Assembly (NCBI GenBank): GCA_036402955.1
Contig: DASWRX010000197.1
Span: 472-64,471 of the forward strand
DNA length: 64,000 nt
Reading direction: 5' to 3'
Source: Thermoanaerobaculia bacterium
Lineage (GTDB): Bacteria; Acidobacteriota; Thermoanaerobaculia; Multivoradales; UBA5704
Under the pieces are notes generated by a model. The model saw nothing but the letters and a program-made list of their open reading frames with translations, did no database searches and was not told the DNA's origin. Shown here piece after piece: positions 36,068 to 46,178 of the stretch. Within the stretch, counting starts at the first letter, position 1. Every line of letters begins with the position of its first letter. The position numbers and the translations under genes are program-made.

Positions 36068-37324
36068 ATGGAAGTCGCTTCACAGAAAAAAGTCCGGTAC
36101 GTAGCTCAGATGGTCTGCCTGCTCTTCCTCATGACGGCCGTAACTGGAGTCGCACAGACCTGGCACTCTGGCGGCCCCGGCCCCAATCTCATCAAGATCA
36201 GCGCTCCTGCAGGGCAAGATTGCTCGGTTACATGGTACGACCCTCAGATGTTAACCTTCCCCAACGGCGACCTTGGCTTTCTTGCGCAAGGGAACAATCC
36301 CCGTGCTTGTTCTCCGCCCAACGGTATCGATTCTCTCTACAAAGCTCAGCGGGACTCCTCCACCCTGGCTTGGCAAGTGCCTTCTCAAACGGCCTGCCCG
36401 ACGCTCACCGGGAAATTCATGAATGGCAGCTTCCCCGCTTGTCCGTATTCGCAAACGAACCCTGGTCCACTGGCAAGCCCCAGCATCGTAAAAATCGGAA
36501 ACAAGTATTATATGGCCTTTGTGGGTGGAAACGCGGACTACATTCGCGGCCACGTTTACTGGGCATACTCAACGGACGCCGTGACGTGGACTGTCTGGAA
36601 GGATACGCCACTTCCTTCCGGGTATGCCTGGAGGCCCTTGATCCAGCCGAAGTATGGAGATCCTTGCGCACCCTTCGGGATATCGCAGATTACACTCACC
36701 TATGATGCAAACTCCACGCTTGGCCCTGAAGGCGCGTTTTATGTCCATTTCTTGTACAAGCACCCAACCAGTCCCGTCACTCGCGATATGTGGGCCTACA
36801 GGTTTCCCTTCTCAAGCTCAAGCTCAACCGGAATCGGAGGGGGTGGTCAGATCTGCATTAGATCGTCCTTGGGAGATTGTAACTGGATGAGCCATTCCGG
36901 AAAACTATTCTGGGACTATGATCAGGTTAACGGGCAAACTCCCGAGCCCGGCGATCCTGTCCTCGTTAGATACCAAGGAATGTATCAGATGGCGATCGGA
37001 GGTGGGGATATCGTCTGGGATCCGTCTCATGGCTACTGGTTGAGGGTTTTCACCTTCGGTGGGACAGGTCCGTTTTGGCAGTCCACCACTTCCCTGAGCA
37101 CGGGCCAGTGGACCGCGAAGACTCAAGTCGACGTGACTGCCCTCGACGCCGGTATGACCACGCTATACCCGAGTTACTCTCCGGAAAGATATGCCAGCGG
37201 ACTTTATTACGGCACACTCGGTGGCCGCACGGGGATGTGGATGTGGGTTCCCGTGGATTACAGCGGCTGTTCCAATTCTTTCAGCGGGCTTGGAATGGTG
37301 TCCGTTGGGCTCAACTTCTTTTAA
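36068..37324 (+). CDS. Secreted hypothetical protein (AT-richer islet)
   Basis: GGAGG ribosome-binding site. Signal peptide (VCLLFLMTAVTGVAQT). 418 aa rich in W/Y/G. IVKIGNKYYMAFVGG and HVYWAYSTDAVTW suggest a beta-propeller-like fold. No catalytic motif recognised. Confidence 0.7.
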   Translation: MEVASQKKVRYVAQMVCLLFLMTAVTGVAQTWHSGGPGPNLIKISAPAGQDCSVTWYDPQMLTFPNGDLGFLAQGNNPRACSPPNGIDSLYKAQRDSSTLAWQVPSQTACPTLTGKFMNGSFPACPYSQTNPGPLASPSIVKIGNKYYMAFVGGNADYIRGHVYWAYSTDAVTWTVWKDTPLPSGYAWRPLIQPKYGDPCAPFGISQITLTYDANSTLGPEGAFYVHFLYKHPTSPVTRDMWAYRFPFSSSSSTGIGGGGQICIRSSLGDCNWMSHSGKLFWDYDQVNGQTPEPGDPVLVRYQGMYQMAIGGGDIVWDPSHGYWLRVFTFGGTGPFWQSTTSLSTGQWTAKTQVDVTALDAGMTTLYPSYSPERYASGLYYGTLGGRTGMWMWVPVDYSGCSNSFSGLGMVSVGLNFF

Positions 37325-38088
37325 CCCGGCAGGTGAAAAACGAACTCCTCACACATCTGTTGCTTCAGGAGACGTAGCTTAGCCTCCTGAAGCGCATCCT
37401 TCCTCGCCTCGACGACCAGAATATGCGGGTAGCCGGGCTCATCAGGATATTTTTCGTGCCGTTCCAAACCGCGCAGATCCGAACTGTTGCTTTCGCCATA
37501 AGAAAGCCAGCAGATATCGGTAAATCCACAAGCTTCGAGAGTCGTCGCCAGAAGCTCCCGGTTCCACAAGAATCGGTGTCTCCATCCATAGAAGGCGCGG
37601 TTGGCGATCAGCGCGGCGCGCTCAGGGCTGCCGCCGGAGCGCATGGAAGTGTAATGGGTCCGCCATATCCAATCCAGATTTGGTGTCGACAGACGCAGCT
37701 TACCGGAGGGGTTCAGCACCCGGTGTGCTTCACAAATGAACCCCACGGCATGTAGAAGCTCGAGATGCTCTAGAAAATGCTCGGCGAAGATCGCCGAGAC
37801 GTTTGTAAACGGCAGGCCATGTGTCACGTCCGCGACGAGGTCAACGCCTGGATAGGCTTTCAGATCGATGTTGATCCAGCCCGGAAGGATCCGATCTCCC
37901 GAGCCGATGTGCAGCCGGATCGGCGAGCCCCGCTTGGAAGCGAGCCGGCGCAACGCCCAGAGGCCGATCACCCGATGCCTCAGGTGCCAGATCGCTCGCA
38001 GCTCCGGCCAAGCTCGCCCCATGAGGCTCGAGAATGGCCGGGGACTCGCATCCGCCGGCGGAGCCCCGTCTTTTGTAGAATCAGACAT
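37321..38088 (-). CDS. Class I SAM-dependent methyltransferase
   Basis: LHIGSGDRILPGWINIDL ... AEHFLEHL ... EAHRVLNPSGKLRLSTPN. Start at ATG 38088, so as not to overlap the ABC-F stop at 38109. Confidence 0.8.
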   Translation of the reverse strand: MSDSTKDGAPPADASPRPFSSLMGRAWPELRAIWHLRHRVIGLWALRRLASKRGSPIRLHIGSGDRILPGWINIDLKAYPGVDLVADVTHGLPFTNVSAIFAEHFLEHLELLHAVGFICEAHRVLNPSGKLRLSTPNLDWIWRTHYTSMRSGGSPERAALIANRAFYGWRHRFLWNRELLATTLEACGFTDICWLSYGESNSSDLRGLERHEKYPDEPGYPHILVVEARKDALQEAKLRLLKQQMCEEFVFHLPG

Positions 38089-38108
38089 GGGGGCGCAAGC
38101 CTGCCCGC

Positions 38109-40034
<1,926 letters not shown>

Positions 40035-40234
40035 AGGGCCGGACATCATAACATCGGGCCGAGTCCCGGTTCTTCCGCCCGGGCTCGATCCCAAGAAATT
40101 TGCCGGACTTTGTCGGCCGAGCCCGGATTTTACGTTTATTTAGGAGAGGAAGGAGAGAGCCGGCCCCGGAGGCGCCCTTGCCTCATGGATGCGTACGCTC
40201 TATAATCAGGGCGTACGCCTGAGGAGGACCGGCC

Positions 40235-40465
40235 ATGCGGAAACCAATGACGGCCACGGAATTGCGGAAGGACATCTACCGGGTGCTGGACGACGTTCTG
40301 GAGACGGGAGTCCCGCAGGAGGTTACCCGGGGACCCCGGACGCTGATGATCGTGCCGGCGGGGGGACGGCGGCTCCGGCTGGCGGACCTGCCCCGGCGGG
40401 AGGCGCTCAACTGCACGCCGGACGAGCTGGTGGGGACCACCTGGGAATGGAGCCCTGAGTCATGA
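40235..40465 (+). CDS. Type II antitoxin (Phd/YefM-like)
   Basis: 76 aa. MTATELRKDIYRVLDDVLETG is typical of the Phd/YefM N-terminus. ATGA overlap with the following PIN gene. Confidence 0.6.
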   Translation: MRKPMTATELRKDIYRVLDDVLETGVPQEVTRGPRTLMIVPAGGRRLRLADLPRREALNCTPDELVGTTWEWSPES

Positions 40466-40839
40466 GAGCTTTCCTGGACACCCACGCCGCCATTTTCCTC
40501 TGGGAGGGCAGAGCCGAGCTCTTCGGCTCCGGCTCCCGCGAGATCCTCGAGCAGGCCGCCCTGCTCGTCTCTCCCGTGGTCCGGCTGGAGCTGCAGTTCC
40601 TCAGGGAGGTCGGCAAGCTCAGGATCGAGCCCGACCAGCTCCTGGGATCGCTCGGTTCCGACCTCGGAGTGACGGTGACGGGCGATTCCCTGGAGGCGCT
40701 GGTGCCGCACGCCATGTCGCTCTCCTGGACCCGCGATCCCTTCGACCGCATGCTCGTGGCCACGGCCCTCCTCCACCAGGCGCCGCTGGTGACCCGCGAC
40801 GCGCGGATCCATGAGAACTTCGCGGGCGCGGTCTGGTAG
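40462..40839 (+). CDS. PIN-domain toxin (VapC-like)
   Basis: LDTHAAIF ... DPFDRMLVATAL ... LVTRD. The acidic residues are spaced as in PIN domains. Confidence 0.75.
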   Translation: MRAFLDTHAAIFLWEGRAELFGSGSREILEQAALLVSPVVRLELQFLREVGKLRIEPDQLLGSLGSDLGVTVTGDSLEALVPHAMSLSWTRDPFDRMLVATALLHQAPLVTRDARIHENFAGAVW

Positions 40840-40917
40840 GGCTGTTGAGCCGTTGAGGAGACCTTCAGGCTCGTGATATTCTGAAGTGGCGACGCGGTTG
40901 CGGACGGAGAGAACGAA

Positions 40918-41118
40918 ATGGCCATTTTGCGACGGGAAGAAGCCCGGGAAGACCAGAGGCAAAGGATTCTTGAGGAGGCCGAGGAGTTCCGGCGGCGGCA
41001 TCCCGTGCCCGATCAAAGGGAAGTCCTGGAAAATATACGCCGGCGGCGTCTGGCGACCCCAAAGAATCCTGACGCTCCCGACAGCGTGGATCTGATCCGA
41101 GAGGATCGGGGCCGTTGA
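40918..41118 (+). CDS. Putative antitoxin
   Basis: 66-aa charged ORF. Its stop overlaps the TTG start of the next PIN gene (TTGA). Confidence 0.5.
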   Translation: MAILRREEAREDQRQRILEEAEEFRRRHPVPDQREVLENIRRRRLATPKNPDAPDSVDLIREDRGR

Positions 41119-41549
41119 GGCGCGGCTGGGTCGTAGACGCAAGCGTCGGAGCCAAGCTTTTCCTGCCCGAAGAATTCAGCGACAAGGCCGAGGAACTGTT
41201 CCGCGAGCTCGTGGGCATCCGGAAGCGCTTCTTCGTTCCGGACCTCTTCTTTATAGAGTGCGCCAACATCTTCTGGAAGCACGTCCGTCGATTCGGTCTT
41301 CGAGCCGATGAAGCGCAAGAGAGCCTGCAGGACCTGAGAGGACTCGCTCTTCTCTCCGTCTCCAGCACCACTCTCCTTTCTGATGCCCTCGATTTGGCGC
41401 TGGAGCTCGGTATCAGCGCCTATGACGCGGCCTATGTCGCGCTCGCCCAGGATCTGTCGGTCCCTCTCGTTACCGCTGACCGGAAGCTCATCCGCAAGCT
41501 CGAAGGCAGCGGTAACGATGTCCGGTGGCTGGGCGATCTGACCTCCTGA
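41115..41549 (+). CDS. PIN-domain toxin (VapC-like)
   Basis: WVVDASVGAKLF ... ISAYDAAYVALAQ ... LVTADRKL. Confidence 0.8.
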   Translation: MRRGWVVDASVGAKLFLPEEFSDKAEELFRELVGIRKRFFVPDLFFIECANIFWKHVRRFGLRADEAQESLQDLRGLALLSVSSTTLLSDALDLALELGISAYDAAYVALAQDLSVPLVTADRKLIRKLEGSGNDVRWLGDLTS

Positions 41550-41667
41550 GCCCTGGTAGTCTCCCTCCCGGGAAGTCCTGGCGAACCGGACGCGTTCTCT
41601 GGATCGGCGCTTGCAGTACCCTGCCGGCGCCGTCCACTCCGATCCAGGAATCCATCCGATCTGAAAC

Positions 41668-44154
41668 ATGGCCGCAGCCCGTAGCTCGAAGCTCGCTCCC
41701 TCGAAACAACGGCGCCGGCCGCGGCGCTGGTGGCTGGTCCTCGCCGCGATCGCCGCCGTCCTGCTGATCGCGGCGGCCTTCGTCATCCGGCCGTTCTGGC
41801 GCCTGTCGAGCCATTTCGACGAGGTCACCTTCCGCCAGCCGTCGCGGCTCTACGGTCGGGCGACGCGGCTCTTCGAGGGGCGGAACTACCCGCCGGACCT
41901 GCTGCTCGCGGGGCTCGCGGACGAGGGGTACCGCGAGGACAAGTCCAGCCGCGACCTCCCCGCCGGGCGCTTCCGCCGGACGCGGGACGGGGTCGAGATC
42001 CACCTGCGGAGCTTCCCCCTGCCGGACGGCAGCCGGGGAGGCGGGCTCGTCGAGGTCGCCTACCAGGGCCCGCGCATCGCCGGGCTGCGCCGCGACGGAG
42101 CGGCCACCGACGCGGTGATCCTCGATCCGCCGCTCCTCGCCTCGTACTACGGCCGCAACCTCCTGGAACGCCGGCCGGTCACCTTCGGCGAGGTCTCGCC
42201 GGACCTGATCGCCGCCATCCTGGCCGCCGAGGACGAGACCTTCTTCGGCCACGCCGGCGTCTCGCTCACCGGCACCGCCCGCGCCCTCTGGGTCGACCTG
42301 CGCGGCAAGGGCGCCCGCCAGGGCGGGAGCACGCTGACGCAGCAGCTCGTCAAGAACCTCTACCTCACCCAGGAACGGACGCTGACGCGCAAGAGCCAGG
42401 AGATCCTCCTCGCCGTCCTGCTCGAGATGCGCTATCCCAAGAAGAAGATCCTCGAGGCCTACCTCAACGAGATCTACCTGGGCGGCGGCAACGGCGTCTC
42501 GCTGGTCGGCGTCGGGGCCGCCTCGCGCGCCTACTTCGGCAAGGACGCGAACCAGCTCGACCTCGCCGAGGCGGCGACGATCGCCGGGATCATCCCCTCG
42601 CCCGCCAACTACTCGCCGGTCACCCATCCGGACCGCGCCAGGGAGCGGCGCGACTGGGTGCTGGGCCGCCTCGCCAGCCTGGGGCTGGTGCCCCAGGCGC
42701 GCGTCGACCGGGCGCTGAAGGAGCCGATCGCCGTGGCGCCCGAGCCGGTCGTCCGCCGGCGCGCCCCCTACTTCGCCGACTCGGCCGCACTCGAGGCGGC
42801 GCGCCGCTTCGGCGTCGAGGACCTGGAGGACGGCGGCTACACCCTCTTCTCGACCCTCGACTGGGCCGGGCAGAAGGCGGCCCAGGCGGCGGTCGAGAGC
42901 GGGCTGAAGGAGATCGACGGCGGGCGCAAGGGGCGGTCGCTCCAGGCGGCGCTGATCTCCATGGATCCGGCGACCGGCGGTATCCTCGCCTACGTCGGCG
43001 GCCGGGGGTACGATGCGAGCCAGTTCGACCGCGCGGGCCGGGCGCAGCGCCAACCGGGCAGCTCCTTCAAGCCGGTCGTCTACGCCGCCGCCTTCGAGGC
43101 GGGCAAGGCCTCCCCCGCCTCGTTCCTCGAGGACGAGCCGCTGACCGTCAAGACAGCCGGCCAGGTCTGGAGCCCGAAGAACGACGACGGCGACTACCAC
43201 GGCTGGGTCACCGTGCGCACCGCCCTGGAGAAGAGCTACAACCCGGCGACCACCCGGCTCGCCCTGGACGTGGGGATGCCGCAGATCGTCAAGCTGGCGC
43301 ACGACATGGGGATCACGACGCCGATGGAGCCCTTCCCCGCCATGGCTCTCGGCGCCGCCGCGATCACGCCGCTGGAGATGACGACCGTCTACTCCACCCT
43401 CGCCGCCGGGGGCTCGCGGCCGCCGGTCCATGAGCTGGTGGCGATCCTCGACCACACCGGCAAGGTGGTACAGGGAGCGCCGCTGCCGAAGCCGGCGCGG
43501 GTGCTCTCGCCGCAGACCGCCTATCTGGTCACCTCGCTGCTCGAAGGGGTGCTCCAGCACGGCACCGCCGCCGGGGCCGCCGCCGGCATTCCCGGCGAGC
43601 TGGCGGGCAAGACGGGCACGACCAACAAGCAGCGCGACGCCTGGTTCGCGGGCTACGCCCCGGAGCGGACCACGGTCGTCTGGGTGGGCTACGACGACAA
43701 CGGCAAGACCCGCCTCTCCGGCGCCCGGGCCGCCCTGCCGATCTGGGTCCACTTCATGGCCAGGGTCGCCCCGCCGGGCGGCTACTCCACCTTCGCCCAG
43801 CCGGCGGGGATCACCACGGCGTCGATCGATCCCGCGACGGGCCGGCTGGCGACCGACTCCTGCCCCTCCGTGGTCACCGAGGTCTTCCGCGAGGGGGAGG
43901 TCCCCACCGAGACCTGCGACCGGCACGGCGGCGCGCCCGAGCCGCAGGTCGCCGCGGCGGAGCCCGGGAGAGAGGAGACTGCCGCACAGGCGGAGAGGAC
44001 GGCGGAGGGGCCGCGCACCTTCCGGGGCTGGCTGCGCAGGATCTTCGGACGCCGGGACGACGGTGGCAAAGGCAACGGCAAAGACAAAGACAAGGGTCGC
44101 GGGCGGCAGGAGCGGGACCAGGGGGATGACGGGGACGGGCAGCCGCCGCTCTGA
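41668..44154 (+). CDS. Class A penicillin-binding protein (PBP1A family)
   Basis: TM anchor. GT51 motifs (EDETFFGHAGV, GGSTLTQQLVKN). Transpeptidase motifs SSFKP and KTGTT. Lys/Gly/Asp-rich tail. Confidence 0.95.
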   Translation: MAAARSSKLAPSKQRRRPRRWWLVLAAIAAVLLIAAAFVIRPFWRLSSHFDEVTFRQPSRLYGRATRLFEGRNYPPDLLLAGLADEGYREDKSSRDLPAGRFRRTRDGVEIHLRSFPLPDGSRGGGLVEVAYQGPRIAGLRRDGAATDAVILDPPLLASYYGRNLLERRPVTFGEVSPDLIAAILAAEDETFFGHAGVSLTGTARALWVDLRGKGARQGGSTLTQQLVKNLYLTQERTLTRKSQEILLAVLLEMRYPKKKILEAYLNEIYLGGGNGVSLVGVGAASRAYFGKDANQLDLAEAATIAGIIPSPANYSPVTHPDRARERRDWVLGRLASLGLVPQARVDRALKEPIAVAPEPVVRRRAPYFADSAALEAARRFGVEDLEDGGYTLFSTLDWAGQKAAQAAVESGLKEIDGGRKGRSLQAALISMDPATGGILAYVGGRGYDASQFDRAGRAQRQPGSSFKPVVYAAAFEAGKASPASFLEDEPLTVKTAGQVWSPKNDDGDYHGWVTVRTALEKSYNPATTRLALDVGMPQIVKLAHDMGITTPMEPFPAMALGAAAITPLEMTTVYSTLAAGGSRPPVHELVAILDHTGKVVQGAPLPKPARVLSPQTAYLVTSLLEGVLQHGTAAGAAAGIPGELAGKTGTTNKQRDAWFAGYAPERTTVVWVGYDDNGKTRLSGARAALPIWVHFMARVAPPGGYSTFAQPAGITTASIDPATGRLATDSCPSVVTEVFREGEVPTETCDRHGGAPEPQVAAAEPGREETAAQAERTAEGPRTFRGWLRRIFGRRDDGGKGNGKDKDKGRGRQERDQGDDGDGQPPL

Positions 44155-44178
44155 CCCCTATTCTGACCCCTATGATGA

Positions 44179-45324
44179 TCAGCGCCGGGCCGCGAGCCGC
44201 CTCTCGATCCGCGGCGCCAGGTACTCCACCAGCTTCTTCCGGCCGGGATCGGCATAGTGCATGGGATCGCCGAAGTCCTGGTCCTCCCAGGCGATCTCCC
44301 GCGCCCCGTCCGCCAGCTCCCCCACGCCTTCGCCCGCCAGCCGCCGCAGGACGCCGTTCAGCCGCTCCAGCTCCGCCGGCACGGCCGCGGGGAGCAGCTC
44401 CGGATACCAGCCGGCGAGATACGCGAGGTCCGCGCCCCGGCTCGCCGCCCGGATGCGGACCGGCTGGGTGACGAGCAGGACGCCGGCGCCCCGCGAGCGG
44501 GCGAGGGCCGCGAAGGAGCGCACGTTGCGCTCGAAGGCGGCGATCCCTTCGGGAGCGATCCGTGCCCGCCGTGTTCCGGAGCCCGCGGGTCCCGCCAGCG
44601 CCTGCCAGGGATCGGCGGGACCTCCTCCCAGATCCCGCAGCTTCTCGGCGAGCAGCGACTGGCCGAGCCAAGACGGGCCCGGCAACTCCAGGCCCAGAGC
44701 CCGGCGGGCGAGCTCGGCGTGGCCCCGCTCGTACATGGGATCGAAGGGCTGGTGCGAGGCGGGCTGGAGATCGTTGATCCCCTGGTAGAGAACGGCGAGA
44801 TCGGGATCGAGATCGAGGTCGCGGATGGCGAGCGAGATCACGTTCTCCTGGCTCGTCCAGCCTGGGAAGCCGGCGTTCCACACCTCGACGGGCCGGCCCC
44901 CTGACCGTAGGCGCGTTTCGAGGCGGCGGGGCCAGGTCGAGGCGTCGTCGGGAGCCAGCACGTCGAAGGTGGTCGAGCCCCCGGAAAGGAGGACCCGCGC
45001 GACGCCGGATGGCTTGACGCGCGGCCTCTCCGGCGAGCGGTAGCCGAGGCGGTCGAGGGTGGCCCGCTTGCCGAACACGGCGGCCTCGCCCCCTTCGCGA
45101 GGGCCCGTGTTCAGGTAGGCGTGCCGGCGGTAGATCCGCCGCAGGAGCCGGATCTCGTCATGGAAGGCCGCCGCCCGCGTCCGCGGCCAGGCGCCGTCCC
45201 GCAGCCGCAGGGCGACGCGCAGGAGGGCCTCGCCCGCGAGCAGCAGCAGCGCCGCCGCCAGGAGCCCCAGCAGCAGGCCGCGGAGGATGCGTAACAGTAC
45301 ATTCACCGGCGCAGGAGGCTTCAA
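44179..45324 (-). CDS. SGNH/GDSL-like hydrolase with N-terminal membrane anchor
   Basis: LLSGGSTTF (block I-like) and YQGINDL (block III-like). The start is uncertain: TTG 45324 overlaps the PIN stop, and GTG 45306 is an alternative. Confidence 0.65.
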   Translation of the reverse strand: MKPPAPVNVLLRILRGLLLGLLAAALLLLAGEALLRVALRLRDGAWPRTRAAAFHDEIRLLRRIYRRHAYLNTGPREGGEAAVFGKRATLDRLGYRSPERPRVKPSGVARVLLSGGSTTFDVLAPDDASTWPRRLETRLRSGGRPVEVWNAGFPGWTSQENVISLAIRDLDLDPDLAVLYQGINDLQPASHQPFDPMYERGHAELARRALGLELPGPSWLGQSLLAEKLRDLGGGPADPWQALAGPAGSGTRRARIAPEGIAAFERNVRSFAALARSRGAGVLLVTQPVRIRAASRGADLAYLAGWYPELLPAAVPAELERLNGVLRRLAGEGVGELADGAREIAWEDQDFGDPMHYADPGRKKLVEYLAPRIERRLAARR

Positions 45325-45731
45325 GTCTTCTTGTAAGGGAGCCGCCGGTGCTTCAGGCTGTGAACCTGATCGAATTCCGGATCCTTGTGGACAAGCTCAG
45401 CGCCGAGCAGGAGAGCCAACGCGGCATTCCAGGCATCCGCGACGGAGAGCCCGGCTCTCGATTTGACCCAGGCCGCCTTTCTCCCCCACTCCGGATTCGA
45501 TTCGACCGTCTCAATGGGCCAGGCCTGGATCATCCGGAGCGCGCCGTCCACGGCTGTCCGGCCTCGACTCCGCAGAACCTGGTAATCAAATTCCATGATG
45601 CTCATGAAGGGGAGGTAAACCTTGGACTTGCCGCCTTTACAGGTATCGAGGATCTCCTCCACCTCCTGAGCCCCTTCCTCGTCCTTAAACAAGGCCAGCA
45701 GTGCTGAGGTGTCCAGCACATAGTCAGTCAC
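45321..45731 (-). CDS. PIN-domain toxin (VapC-like)
   Basis: YVLDTSALLALF ... LSVADAWNAALA ... LVHKDPEF. GTG start at 45731 overlaps the antitoxin stop by 8 nt. Confidence 0.75.
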   Translation of the reverse strand: MTDYVLDTSALLALFKDEEGAQEVEEILDTCKGGKSKVYLPFMSIMEFDYQVLRSRGRTAVDGALRMIQAWPIETVESNPEWGRKAAWVKSRAGLSVADAWNAALALLLGAELVHKDPEFDQVHSLKHRRLPYKKT

Positions 45732-46008
45732 GGGACCGTCCAGGGGCTGCGGGGATCCCGAGGCGACGTTCCTCTTCCTCTTCCCTCTCGAGCTCCCGCC
45801 TCCTCTCGTCCAAGAGGTCATCCACCGAAGGTCCACCGTCTTTGAACAGTCCACGAGCAGCCCGGATCGGATCGACAGGCAAGGGATGGACGACCATGTA
45901 CCCGTCCTTCACCTCCCAATCAAGCTTGCTGTTCGGCTCGATCCTGAGTGCCTCCCGCACTTCCTGAGGAATCACAGTCTGCCATCGTACGGAAACGGTT
46001 GACTTCAT
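45724..46008 (-). CDS. AbrB/MazE/SpoVT-family antitoxin
   Basis: VSVRWQTVIPQEVREALRIEPNSKLDWEVKDGYMVVHP is a classic swapped-hairpin domain. Confidence 0.8.
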   Translation of the reverse strand: MKSTVSVRWQTVIPQEVREALRIEPNSKLDWEVKDGYMVVHPLPVDPIRAARGLFKDGGPSVDDLLDERRRELEREEEEERRLGIPAAPGRSRD

Positions 46009-46178
46009 ATCAGCCTCCTAGTCCCAAGACATTATAACTGACCATCTTGCAGTGGAGAGGGTGCAAGACAGTGGGAATGCGCCAAAAAAACCTGCGTTAT
46101 GATGATCGGCTCCGTCCGCCTCCAGAGGACGCCGGGATGACCCGTAGAGGCGGCCCTGGAAGCGACGGCCGAGAACCG

